DNA of 64,000 nucleotides from Naegleria gruberi. Taxonomy: Eukaryota. This document shows, in pieces, positions 21,701 to 32,288 of this stretch. The first letter of the stretch is position 1; every line of letters starts with the position of its first letter. The DNA lies in the NCBI GenBank assembly GCA_000004985.1, contig GG738880.1; one strand, given 5' to 3'. A program made the translations under genes and the position numbers. The notes under the pieces were generated by a model. It was not told the origin of the DNA. It made no database searches and saw only the letters and a list, made by a program, of their open reading frames with translations.

Positions 21701-24138
21701 AAGAGTCGAAAGAAAGAGAAAGAAATCAACAAAAATTGAGGAAATTTATTTGGATTTTGATGAAATACAAGCCAAATTGGAAAAGAAGTACAAGGATTCT
21801 TTCCTTGTAGTGAGTCAACAATTCTACACTGATAAGAATCAATTGGGATCTTTCATTCCGCTCTACACTAGTGAAACTAATACCAAACTCACAAAAACAC
21901 CCTCCTTTGAACCATTTTCTATCAAACCTACTTTAGAATTCACCAATATCACCTTCAGATTCGAACTGTTTTATTGGGTATCAATCGACAAGCAACAATA
22001 TGACGATTTGGATGTAATGTCACCACGACAATACAAACAATCACCAATTGACGCAAAAAAATCATCAAACACCAGAACAACCACCATAGGTCACTACAGA
22101 AGATTAATTGGAGCAACAGAAGTTACCTATACTGATTTTATCAAATTCTTTGATTTACCCTCTGTTCCAACACCTGAATCGACAAGTTCTTCCTCCACTA
22201 GTAAACCTCTCAAAGGGGATAATGATCTATTGTTGGGACCATTCTTCCACATTTCTAGCTCTGGACTCACCGAAGCTACCAATAGCACAACCACACCAAG
22301 GAAAACAAGAAAATCCCTGAAAAATGTTACATTTGAATCAGAGGAAAAGTCCAACAATTCGAATAGTGGACCCCCAACGAATAGAGTTTCTCCTCTTACA
22401 ATGAAATTACTAGTCGATCGTAGAATTCACATTATCAAAGAGGAAACACTTGCTCCACAAGGAATGGATCCAGTAGAAGATGAAAATAATCCATCAGTTG
22501 TTCACAGAAGAAGAAAGGTTCTCACTGTAGTAAATGTTCAGAGTGGATCTCTCACATTCAAGAGTGTCAAGGAGAGAAAGGTCTTTATTGAAGAACAATC
22601 GGATTTGGATGTGACCTATACATTCCTTGATTATATGAAAACTGGATTGAGATTTAAATGTTACTTTGCTCTCGATTTTACCAAAGATAATACGTAAGTT
22701 TCATTTAACTTTTTAAATCTTTACAATTTAGTGAGCCGAGAAATGAAGGAAATTTACACATTGCTCCAAAAGGACAAAAATCCATCTATGAACAATGTAT
22801 TGACAGCATCAGTAAGAGAATATTCCAATATGATCCAAATATGACCGATTTCCACTTGGTTGGATTTGGAAATGATACACAGGAACCAGTTTTCAATTTG
22901 TACAGTAAGGGAGACGACCTTCTCGAGGAGGAAACTTCATCTTCTTCCATGTATTTTAGAGATGACAATGCCTCTGCAAGCTCTGAGGATAAGTCACAAA
23001 ATTACATTTACTCTGTATTATATCCAAGATATTATCCTCCTTTGAAAATTCATCAACTTTCACCAGTAAGTTTTTCACAAATTTTAAAATTTTACAATTA
23101 ACACTTGTAAAATTCTTGTAATAATTTGGAATTTAATAGATTTATCGACAATATATTTCGAGCACGGGTGGAAATTTCAAGCTCACCATGCAAGATTGTG
23201 TCAAAACTCGTCATTATGCCTTCACAGAGACAAACGTTCACAAGGGCACCAGAGATTTGACAAATGCCAATAGATTTAGCTATGATGATGGTTTGAAACA
23301 TGAGAAATTGAAACGAATGTCCTCTCCAGAATTTATTCACCTCAATTATATTGATTCTCCAAAGGTAACAACCTCTTCACTTACCCACCAAGGCAACAGT
23401 TTCTCAAGCAAATCACCAATAGTTGGCTCTTCCTCTATGGAAAGTGAAAAGAAATCAGCAAGCAAATCGAGTCTTTTCAAAAATAACATTTTCGAATCAC
23501 AAAAAGTAACCTCCAAATATGCTCCAAATGATTATTATCCAGTAATTTCTGATGTTATTGATTTGAGTTGTAATTTGAAGAATGAGGAAAGTATTGCCCA
23601 AACTCTTCTCTATCTCTACAGAGAACAGCAAATGTCAAAGATGGGTCATAGAAATTCAACCTCTTCCACACTCTCCTCTGATAGTTCTACCATGATGAAT
23701 ATTACACCAGTTCTGTACAATATTTTGGTAATCTTGATACCGAATGACTTTATTCATGTTGAGGAGACAATTTACAAATTTGTGGAGGCTTCACATAAGG
23801 CTGCTCTCTCAATTATTGTCATTGGAGTTGGAAGTGGATGTGGATTCAAAACTCACAGATCTATCAATACGAACACTGATTATGTTAGTAATAATTCTAC
23901 CTCTGGATCTGGAGGAAGAACTCTCCAATACAGAATTCAAACCATCATTCCAACAACAACTGATTTACAATATAGAGGATTGAGAGCTGCTCGTGGTTGT
24001 GTAACATTTGTAAGATTGAACGATCATGAAACTGTAAATGAGGCAGTGGAAGCAGCTTTGCAACACATTCCAAAACAAGTTTGTCGCTACATGAAGATGA
24101 AAGGTAGAGAAATATTATCATCCGGAAATAATCAATAA
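18781..24138 (+). CDS. Copine-like vWA-domain protein with a ~740-aa N/S/Q-rich N-terminal extension; 4 exons
   Basis: Proposed model is join(18781..20990, 21065..22693, 22732..23065, 23140..24138). GTAAGT donors sit at 20991, 22694 and 23066 with TAG acceptors, and the phases are consistent. Exon 2 is open from 21060 but has no in-frame ATG for ~380 nt, so it is internal. Copine-like motifs are YFALDFTKDNT (MIDAS-like), FHLVGFGNDT and ALSIIVIGVGSG. Confidence 0.6.
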
Positions 24139-24444
24139 GCACTTTCATTGTGTGGCTGGAATTCAGGACCAATAGCTTGATGTATATTCCTTTAAATTAT
24201 TCCTGTACCATTCCATAGTAACTACACTTACGTCCTACTGGACACAAGAATAACAGAGCCAAACTTGTAGTCCATATTGTTGAATAACCACTCATTTTGT
24301 GAGGAACAGTGGGGTTGATATCCGTTCGCATTGAATGGAAAAGTTGATAGACTCTATTGTTGTGAAATTTCTCAGCTAATTCAAAAAAGGGCTTCCCAGT
24401 GAAATAATAAACTGATAATTGTTTGAAAAAGTGATGTGCAAGTG

Positions 24445-25083
24445 TCAAATTCTTCTTTCCAATATGAAATACGAAAATCCAAATGGTTTCGTTTCAATAT
24501 ACTGTAAGACTTGTTCCCAGAGTGAAAAGAAACTATCCAATGTTCTCAAATCTGGTATACTAGTAAAGGTACTAAATTGAAATATCTGTATATTCATGAA
24601 TGTGGTCATTATATGATATATCACTTTTCTTCGTTTCATATTCAAAGTAATGATTGGCAATAATTTCTTTGCAACTTGATTGACCATATCCTTTCGAGTG
24701 GCATTCAAATTGTTCAACATTGATTTTAAATATCTTTCAGTTTTAGTCATCGAATTAAGTATCCAAACATTTGAATATAAGTAAATATTCTCCAAACTTC
24801 TATATCGTGAAATTGTTTTTTTTCGTAAATAACTGCTCGCCATGTTGGCTGCCATTTCACATTCCACTTGTGGATGATCTATGTATTGATGAAACTTTAT
24901 CAAATTCCTAAAGGAAACCTCCCAAAAATTGGTATCATCATTGTCCATTATTAATCTATTCAATCTTTTACAGACACACAACAAATTCCTTCCCGAATAT
25001 GAAATCATTAAAAAATCACCAATAATATTAAAGAGAAGAATGTGATCGGGTATTCCCTTGATAATTTCTGTCATTTTTTTCAT
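24445..25083 (-). CDS. Hypothetical protein (212 aa). An adjacent ORF at 24197..24448 may be its 3' exon or a frameshifted continuation
   Basis: The ORF has typical codon usage and a weak F-box-like N-terminus (IPDHILLFNIIGDF). It has no confident domain. Confidence 0.35.
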   Translation of the reverse strand: MKKMTEIIKGIPDHILLFNIIGDFLMISYSGRNLLCVCKRLNRLIMDNDDTNFWEVSFRNLIKFHQYIDHPQVECEMAANMASSYLRKKTISRYRSLENIYLYSNVWILNSMTKTERYLKSMLNNLNATRKDMVNQVAKKLLPIITLNMKRRKVIYHIMTTFMNIQIFQFSTFTSIPDLRTLDSFFSLWEQVLQYIETKPFGFSYFILERRI

Positions 25084-25149
25084 CTATTTCAAAAACGTGC
25101 GATTATTTCAAATCTCAATCTTTACAAAAATAACCTTTATTTTAAATAT

Positions 25150-27573
25150 TTATTGAATTTCCTTAGCAAAGAAAGTAGCATCTGGTCTATCAGCTCCAAG
25201 TAATTTGGTGATAGATTCGAGTGGCTTAGTAGCTGCTTCAGTTGACAAGACAGACTTCAAAGATGATGAGAATTTAGACATGTCACTTCCTGACAATCCT
25301 GAGGCAAAGATGTGGGCAGCAACAATTTCAGTATAGAGTTCAGAATAGTATGGTTGGCTTTCAAGGTTGAACAATCTCTTAGAGAAGAAGGAAATGTTTG
25401 GAATCAATTGTGTGTATGGCTTGCAAAAACGTGACTCAATGGAGGAGAGAATTTCGATTGGTGTACTTTGAGAAGCATCGATTGGTTTGAAAACTTCCAA
25501 TTCGAACAGAGAGTAAACCATTTGTTGAACTAATTCTAATGGATATTGTGTTGGAGTTGTAGAAAGTTGTCTGGCATATTCTTCAGGTATTGGTTGTTTT
25601 GAACCTCTGTGTGAAAGATTTGCCAAGAGGAATTCGGTATTTTGTGGTAATCTTTCAAAAACTTTACGAACAACCTTGGACAAGAGATTAGTTTCAGAGA
25701 CAGCAGATGAACTTTGGCTGAGAATGTGGAAGAGAGCTTGACCAAAAGCACCAGACAAACTCTTGAATTGTTTGAGATTGAGTGTGTTTGAAACACTGTA
25801 GATGTGATCTCCCAAGTTCATTTGAATAACAGCACTCTTCAAGCCGTTTTCTCCAGAAATTGGATGGAGCTTAGCCTTATCAGAGGCATAAGCATCAAAA
25901 TGTTGAGTCTTTTCTCTTTCAAAGAGATCGAGATAAATGTGACCAACAACCTTACCATTTGAAACAACGTTGAGTTTCTTGATATTGAGTGGTGACCAGG
26001 TTTCAGATGGAGCCAACTTTTCTGGAACTACCTCAACACCGAAAGCTTGAGAAGCAACAGTCTTTGTTAAACCGTCCAAAACAGAGCTCAATGACATGTA
26101 GTTTTGAATATCAGATGGCAAGTAATTAACTCTAACACGGTTATAGTGGAGATTTGACAATTGCATAATATCAAAACCTGGAGTGAAAAGCTTCAAATCT
26201 TCAGCAGTTTGCTTTGACTTGTTGTAGAAACATCTCTTAAGAACTGGATCAGTCATTCTGGTAATCTTCAATTCAGACAATTTTTCAACTTCCTTCTTGA
26301 TATCGATTTGTTCCTTCAATTGACCAATAACTTTAACAAAGTCATCAACCTTTGGTACGTTATTATTGGACATGTTGACAGTAGCAATCTTCATTTCAAC
26401 AAATGATTGATATCCAAGAGTCTTGGCAAAAGCATTGGAAGCATCAATAGCGGAAGCAACCTTTGAGTTGAATTCATTATCAGCTGAACCAGTAAAGAAT
26501 TTCTTGGTAGCTTCATCAAACAAATCGGTTCTGAGACTTTCTTCAGAAACATTTGTAAGAATAGCTTCCAAATCCTTTTCCAAGTTGAGAAGAATAAACT
26601 TCTTCTTCTTTTGAACTTCCATCTTTAAAGACTTGCTGTGAGCTTCTGGAAGTTCATAAATTCTCATAGATCCTCTAACCTTAGTATTAACATGAGTTTG
26701 AATATAATCGTTCAATTCTTTAACTCTCTTTTCAAAATCTTCCTTAGCTTCAGTGAATTTTTCACGGCTAGATTCCACACCATAAATATTTCTAACTTCA
26801 TTAGCGAGTGGAGTATCCAAAACGAGTGATTGTGTGGCCTTTCCGAACTTTTCATTTGTGAGAGCACGTTGAGCAAAGAATTGTGAAAAGTTATCATGGA
26901 TTTCTTGAGCGGCAACAGCAAGGTCTTCAAATGGATGCAATTGAATAAAAGCCTTCAATGACGACAAGTAAGAGAATCGCAAATTAGTTAATTCGAGAGT
27001 ATTTCTAGAGACATCTTCTCCCTTTTCTATACTACTAACCAAATCATCAACTCTTCCTTTAGCAAGAACCAATGAATCTCTCATTGATGAAGCATCCTTG
27101 AAATGTTTCAATCCAAAATATCCGGTTTGTTCAGAGAGCTTGGAAACATCAATATTCTTGCTAGTGTTCACAAATTCAGCCAAAGATGGTGTTTTAGCCA
27201 ATTCAGCGATATATTTTCCTGTAACTTTCTTCTTTGGGTAGAGTTTTTCAATAGATGGTGGTTTTGGTTTATCGAGTTCTGAATCTTTAGAAGCTCTCTT
27301 CATGGCTAACTTTTCCTTATTTCTTTGTTCGAGAGCAGCCTTCTTTTGGTCCATTCTCTTTTGGTGTTCCTTTTGTTGATTTCTCTTTACTAAATCCTTC
27401 TTTCTACCACCGGCAACATCCTTTTTGGATCTGCTAATTGTTGATGAAGCAGCAGCATTGAAGAGGATGTGATTGGAAGTCAAGTGAGAGGTAATAGCAA
27501 CAGAATTTGAAGGAAGTGAATTTCCTAATAATGTTGTAGTCTTTGAAAGACCGTGTTTCCAGACAGAGAACAT
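25150..27573 (-). CDS. M3-family metallopeptidase homologue (thimet oligopeptidase / mitochondrial intermediate peptidase-like) with a degenerate HEXXH zinc motif; likely a pseudo-peptidase. It has an N-terminal basic, presequence-like extension
   Basis: The conserved M3 blocks are present: GHIYLDLFEREKTQHFDAYA (compare YLDLYPREGKYGHAA) and the C-terminal LLGADRPDATFFAKEIQ (compare FLGRDPKQDAFLLSKGL). At the HEFGH position the sequence reads SGAFGQALFHILSQ, so both His and the Glu are replaced. Confidence 0.7.
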   Translation of the reverse strand: MFSVWKHGLSKTTTLLGNSLPSNSVAITSHLTSNHILFNAAASSTISRSKKDVAGGRKKDLVKRNQQKEHQKRMDQKKAALEQRNKEKLAMKRASKDSELDKPKPPSIEKLYPKKKVTGKYIAELAKTPSLAEFVNTSKNIDVSKLSEQTGYFGLKHFKDASSMRDSLVLAKGRVDDLVSSIEKGEDVSRNTLELTNLRFSYLSSLKAFIQLHPFEDLAVAAQEIHDNFSQFFAQRALTNEKFGKATQSLVLDTPLANEVRNIYGVESSREKFTEAKEDFEKRVKELNDYIQTHVNTKVRGSMRIYELPEAHSKSLKMEVQKKKKFILLNLEKDLEAILTNVSEESLRTDLFDEATKKFFTGSADNEFNSKVASAIDASNAFAKTLGYQSFVEMKIATVNMSNNNVPKVDDFVKVIGQLKEQIDIKKEVEKLSELKITRMTDPVLKRCFYNKSKQTAEDLKLFTPGFDIMQLSNLHYNRVRVNYLPSDIQNYMSLSSVLDGLTKTVASQAFGVEVVPEKLAPSETWSPLNIKKLNVVSNGKVVGHIYLDLFEREKTQHFDAYASDKAKLHPISGENGLKSAVIQMNLGDHIYSVSNTLNLKQFKSLSGAFGQALFHILSQSSSAVSETNLLSKVVRKVFERLPQNTEFLLANLSHRGSKQPIPEEYARQLSTTPTQYPLELVQQMVYSLFELEVFKPIDASQSTPIEILSSIESRFCKPYTQLIPNISFFSKRLFNLESQPYYSELYTEIVAAHIFASGLSGSDMSKFSSSLKSVLSTEAATKPLESITKLLGADRPDATFFAKEIQ

Positions 27574-28110
27574 TTTTTTTATATTATTAACTACACGTTA
27601 CGGAAGAAGGGAGTGGTGTTGTTGATGTTGTTTTACGAATAATTCACTGTTGTTGTTATATTGTTGTGTGAGTTTGTTCGAGGATGAAGGCAAACAACAG
27701 CAAAATATTTTTTTTCTCGTGCTTCAAAAAATGCCTTGCTGTTTTTTACAAAATTATTCTCTTCTTTATCATTTAATTAATTAATTTATTATTAATGATA
27801 GAGACTTACCAGTCTTCCCTCCTTATTTACATCATTATTGAAAAAACAATACAATTCATCATCCTAGTCATCATCAGGCTATTTTCTGCTATAACCAAAT
27901 TGGACTCGCTACCTTATTAATACAATTTTTGTGAGTTCGAATCACTGCATGATTTTAATAACCACCAAAAAACAAAATCAAAAAAATCAACAACATTTCA
28001 TCTTTTGCTGCATCATCATCAGAAGCGCACTTATTTACCCCTACACCTACTACCGCGAAGAAAAACATCACTGATAATCAAACTCTCAACAACAAAAGAA
28101 ATTCTATAGA

Positions 28111-28875
28111 ATGCATCATCAATTTGATACTACAACAGAACATTCTCAACCAATTGTTCCATTGGATAATGACAATTCAATCGATCTCAAAAACAAGCAG
28201 ATCATTGATGAAGAAAAGGATGAAGCTTCTACAGCTCCAATGTGTAAAGAATTGAAGGAATTTACTCAAGAATTGGAAGATTGTTTTAAAGAAGGAGAAG
28301 GAAAAGTCAACCCGGAACATGTCAAACAAATCTTCAGAAAATATCTTGATAAGATTGACTTGAGTGATTTGGAAGCCTATTGTTTGGCTGATACAAGAGC
28401 TACCTATACTAGAAATTTAATATTTAAAAATCCATACTTTTCATTGATTGTTCTCGCATGGAATCCACAACAACACAGCTCTATTCACAGTCATGCTGGA
28501 TCGCAATGTTGGTTCAGATGTATGAGAGGACAAGTCAAGGAATGCAGATGGATGATTGACCCAACTCATGACCAATCACTCTGTCCTTCAGAACCAACAA
28601 AGGAATTTATTGCCAATGTTAATTCTATTGGTTATATTGATGATAACAATGGTGTTCACTGCATTGTGAATACACGAGATGAAATTAGTGTCACTCTCCA
28701 CTGTTATGCTCCTCCATATGATTCATGTGCATGCTACTCTGAAGAAACAGGTGAAGTCTATAGAGGAAAAGTAATGTTTGACAGTATTGGAGGTGTTATT
28801 GATACATCACATCCTTCAAAGGAATCAGTTGTAAGTAGTACAATTTCCAAAATTGAAAAATTTCTAATTATGTAA
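28111..28875 (+). CDS. Cysteine dioxygenase type I (cupin)
   Basis: LIVLAWNPQQHSSIHSHAGSQCWFRCMRGQVKE matches the CDO core [33 protein letters not shown], including the metal-binding His residues. Confidence 0.8.
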   Translation: MHHQFDTTTEHSQPIVPLDNDNSIDLKNKQIIDEEKDEASTAPMCKELKEFTQELEDCFKEGEGKVNPEHVKQIFRKYLDKIDLSDLEAYCLADTRATYTRNLIFKNPYFSLIVLAWNPQQHSSIHSHAGSQCWFRCMRGQVKECRWMIDPTHDQSLCPSEPTKEFIANVNSIGYIDDNNGVHCIVNTRDEISVTLHCYAPPYDSCACYSEETGEVYRGKVMFDSIGGVIDTSHPSKESVVSSTISKIEKFLIM

Positions 28876-29387
28876 ATAGTATAATTTTTTGAAAGAAGAA
28901 AAGGAATTATAGATATATGGTAACTAAAAGATGTTGTTCAATTGGAACAATCGTTTATCATTTCTAAAAATTCATTGAATTTGTCAAATTCTCCCTCCTT
29001 TCATTGTACAGTAATTAACTACCAAAATTTAATATTTATTGATTTTACAAAACGAGTCTTGTAAATTTTTATTTCCAAATAAACCATTTATCTTAACTAA
29101 ACTTTCAGTCCTCAAGCTTTTCAAATCGATGCTTCCAATAAATCTGGTTCAATTTCAATGAGGTTAAATTATCCCTTAGTAATTGAATTACCAGCAATGC
29201 ATCTCTTTCATCTCCATGGCTAGAATATATTCTGGACGTCCAACACCAAGTGCTTATTCAACATTATTCAAGACATTGGTAAAGCTCTTTGAGCTTTTTA
29301 ATCTTCTTAGAAGTAGATGTAGTGATTGAGGTCTCCGCAGAGTTTGCAATGAGGGCAAGGTCGAATTGTATCATTTCAAACAAAAAA

Positions 29388-31477
29388 ATGTCTGAAGCAA
29401 AGAAAAGGAAGGGAGGAACCCACGAATCAAAGAGAAAGAACCGAAAAAAAAGCTACAGTGATCGGGTTGTAGTATCAGCACAATTAGACATTCTCACTAG
29501 TATTTATATCGATAAAGAACCATCTGAAAAAGACTTGGAATGTGAATTAGCTGTAATAGAGAAGGTGGTTTCCCTTACCAAATTGGAGGGAAATTGGGAT
29601 CCTCCAAAACAAAAAGAAAGAACTTTATTCATCTATTTTCTATCGGCCTTTGGAATTAAACTTAATACTTCCCCTGATTGTTTTTCAAATGTTCAAAAAG
29701 AAATGATTTCTAACATTCATGAGTTGTTGACTAATTTTGTTAATTGTAAACAGGACATAAAGTCACTACTTTTGAACTTTAAAGAATTGGGTTTATGTAT
29801 TGAAAAGAAAAGGGATTGTTTTATGGAAGTTTACAAACCCAAACTGGATTTGGAATCAGTTGACCATTTAACAAATCTCATGATAGAATCGCGTATTTTG
29901 TCTGCTCTTGCACCTCCACATAGAGATTCAACAACCAAAACGGAACAAGAACTTACCAGACAGGTATTTGGACCATTATTTGAATTTACAGCTCTGTTTG
30001 AAGGTTGCTCTGGAAGCTCGTAAGTAGATGAAATATTGAATGGTTATTCATGTTTTCTTAAGAAATTCCAGTATTACTCCTTTTGTATGTTCTGGAAATG
30101 AAGGGAGTAACTTGAGTAAAATTATCCCCAATCTCCAACCAGACGACTTTACATGTGTTCAATATAACTCTAAAAAACTCATTAAGATTATTAGAGAAGA
30201 CTCTCCTGAAGAATATAACCACCACACTATGCACAAGGATTTTATTCCATTACTAACAGAAATGAAACTATGTTTAGCTCTTCTTGTGAGAGAATTAGTG
30301 AGGGATTCAGAGGAAGATTGGCACAACCAATTAATGGTATTGGGCGTGGCAGGAGAATTGAATCAATGCAATTTATATGCACTTTCGTGTGTCCCAGAAT
30401 TTAAAGAAGATAGTATTGAACTTGAATATAGATTAACACATGTTGGATCATACCCTCACTATGACATTAACAAACGAATCGAACTTGTTTCCATTTTAAT
30501 TTCAAATTTATTGCCTAATAGGGAAATGGTGAAACAAACCATTACCACTTCAACGCCTACAATCAATACTCCTTCAAAGAATAAGGAAAGACAATTGTTT
30601 CCAACTGTTTTGGGTTATAAGGAAGATACTTTCAAAATTCAATACGAGGATGGTGAAGAAGAAGCTAAGGTTAGATGCTGCAAAGTTAATGCTATTGAAT
30701 GTGTTGTAAAACGATCTTATTTACAAAAAGAGGAAATGGGCTTTTTGACTTTAAATTTACCAGTTGACTTGTACTGTTTGGATTTTTCAATCTCTTTAAA
30801 AGGAAAGTGCCTTGCAAAAATGTTGCTAGATGAAGAAGAGATTGAGGTAAGAGCATTACTCAATAATATCATGGCAATTCTTTTAAGATTAGAAAGAAGA
30901 AAGTACACACATAACGATATCAAACCAGAGAATATTGTTTTATATGATGGACATTGGTTTTTAATAGATTACGAAACCCGTACACCTTTTACCGATTTTG
31001 ATGAGCAAAATAAGTGTTACTTGAACGGAAAAGATTTATTGGTTAGTAGGTGGTTTTCAAAAGGTAAGTGCAACATATTTCAATAGAAAATTCAATGTGC
31101 TAGGCTATCGATGTCCTGAAAGACTCGAATATTTCAAATTCAATGGTATATCCTATAAGGGAAGAGTTTCACCCCAGAGTGATGTATATTCTTTAGGATT
31201 GGTAGTATTGGAAGTACTTTACAAAAAAAATTTACCTAATTTGGAATTTTGTAAGGAAGTTGAAAAGTATCTGAACTCACTCAAAAATACATGTCGAGAT
31301 GTTAGTCTTTTGAATGTTTTGACTTTGATTTTAAAAAAGGAATTCAATGAAAGACCAAAACCTTCAGATCTTAAGGAATTTTTTAATTCTGAACCATTCA
31401 AGCAATATTATTTACTTTTAGATAACAAATATCACTATATGAATCTATTTCCCACTTCTGCTAATGATATATTTTAA
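29388..31477 (+). CDS. Divergent protein kinase-like protein (atypical or pseudokinase); 3 exons
   Basis: Proposed model is join(29388..30019, 30063..31063, 31104..31477) with 43-nt and 40-nt GTAAGT..AG introns and matching phases. The kinase motifs are HNDIKPENIVL, IDYETR (in place of DFG), GYRCPERL (APE-like) and SDVYSLGLVVLEVL. No glycine-rich loop is recognisable. Confidence 0.6.
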
Positions 31478-32109
31478 GTATATGAGTTTTTCCTTAATTG
31501 ATTTTTCCAATCCAATCTCTAAAACGTTGATTTCAACCATTATTCCTTTCACGTTATCACTTCTAACAGGTGTGTATTGGGCCTTTACAAATCCCATCAA
31601 ACACTTATGTGAAAGAGTCGTAGAGCTTCCCTTATTGCCATTTTCAATAACTACAGAGCTGTCAAATTGGGAAAAGGAAACGAAAGAAGGTCCACTTGCA
31701 CCATTGAAAGAAATTAACTATTCGATAATGGAATTACCTTCAATTACTCCATAATATTCACCAGAAACGCTTAACTTTCCTCCAATAATTGGATTACCGA
31801 TCATGTTTACATTTTGATGGATTGTGGGCTTGAATAGGATTAGTTCTAATAAATGTTTAAATTCTCGATATTGTTTGAACTTAAATCCAAAACTCTCAAC
31901 AATGGAAATTCAACTTAAGAATGAAACAAACCTTGAGGTGCAACTGTTGCAGGCATTTTTTCTAAGTGTTACACAGTAAATTTATTTAGTTTGAGGTTGT
32001 GTGTTTTGTGCAACCATCTAGACAAACTTTTCAAAGTAACAGAACAGGTACCTTGAAAAGATTACAATAACAATCAGGTGTCCTTTAACTCTTTAAAGCA
32101 ACAAATCTC

Positions 32110-32120
32110 CTGATTGGCTG
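32110..32120 (+). promoter_or_regulatory. Inverted CCAAT box (CTGATTGGCTG) ~170 bp upstream of the receptor-kinase gene
   Basis: Read directly. It lies in a relatively GC-rich upstream segment at 31990-32230. Confidence 0.3.
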
Positions 32121-32288
32121 GCAGACCCTATAATTTTGAAACCATTCATTTTGCATTGTTGTTTTGCATCAAAACTCAACAACCATAAAAATTGTCCTCA
32201 CAATAAACTGCTGCCCATAACAGAGTCCGACAAGAATACATGAGGAATTTGATAGAAATTTTGATAATGTTATTGATGATGAATAATT

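Noticed and set aside
32213-32219. CCCATAA (DUSE-like upstream element of dictyostelid small ncRNA genes)
   Set aside because: It is a single 7-mer with no recognisable snRNA/class I RNA-like stem or conserved box downstream. It is more simply part of the receptor-kinase promoter region.
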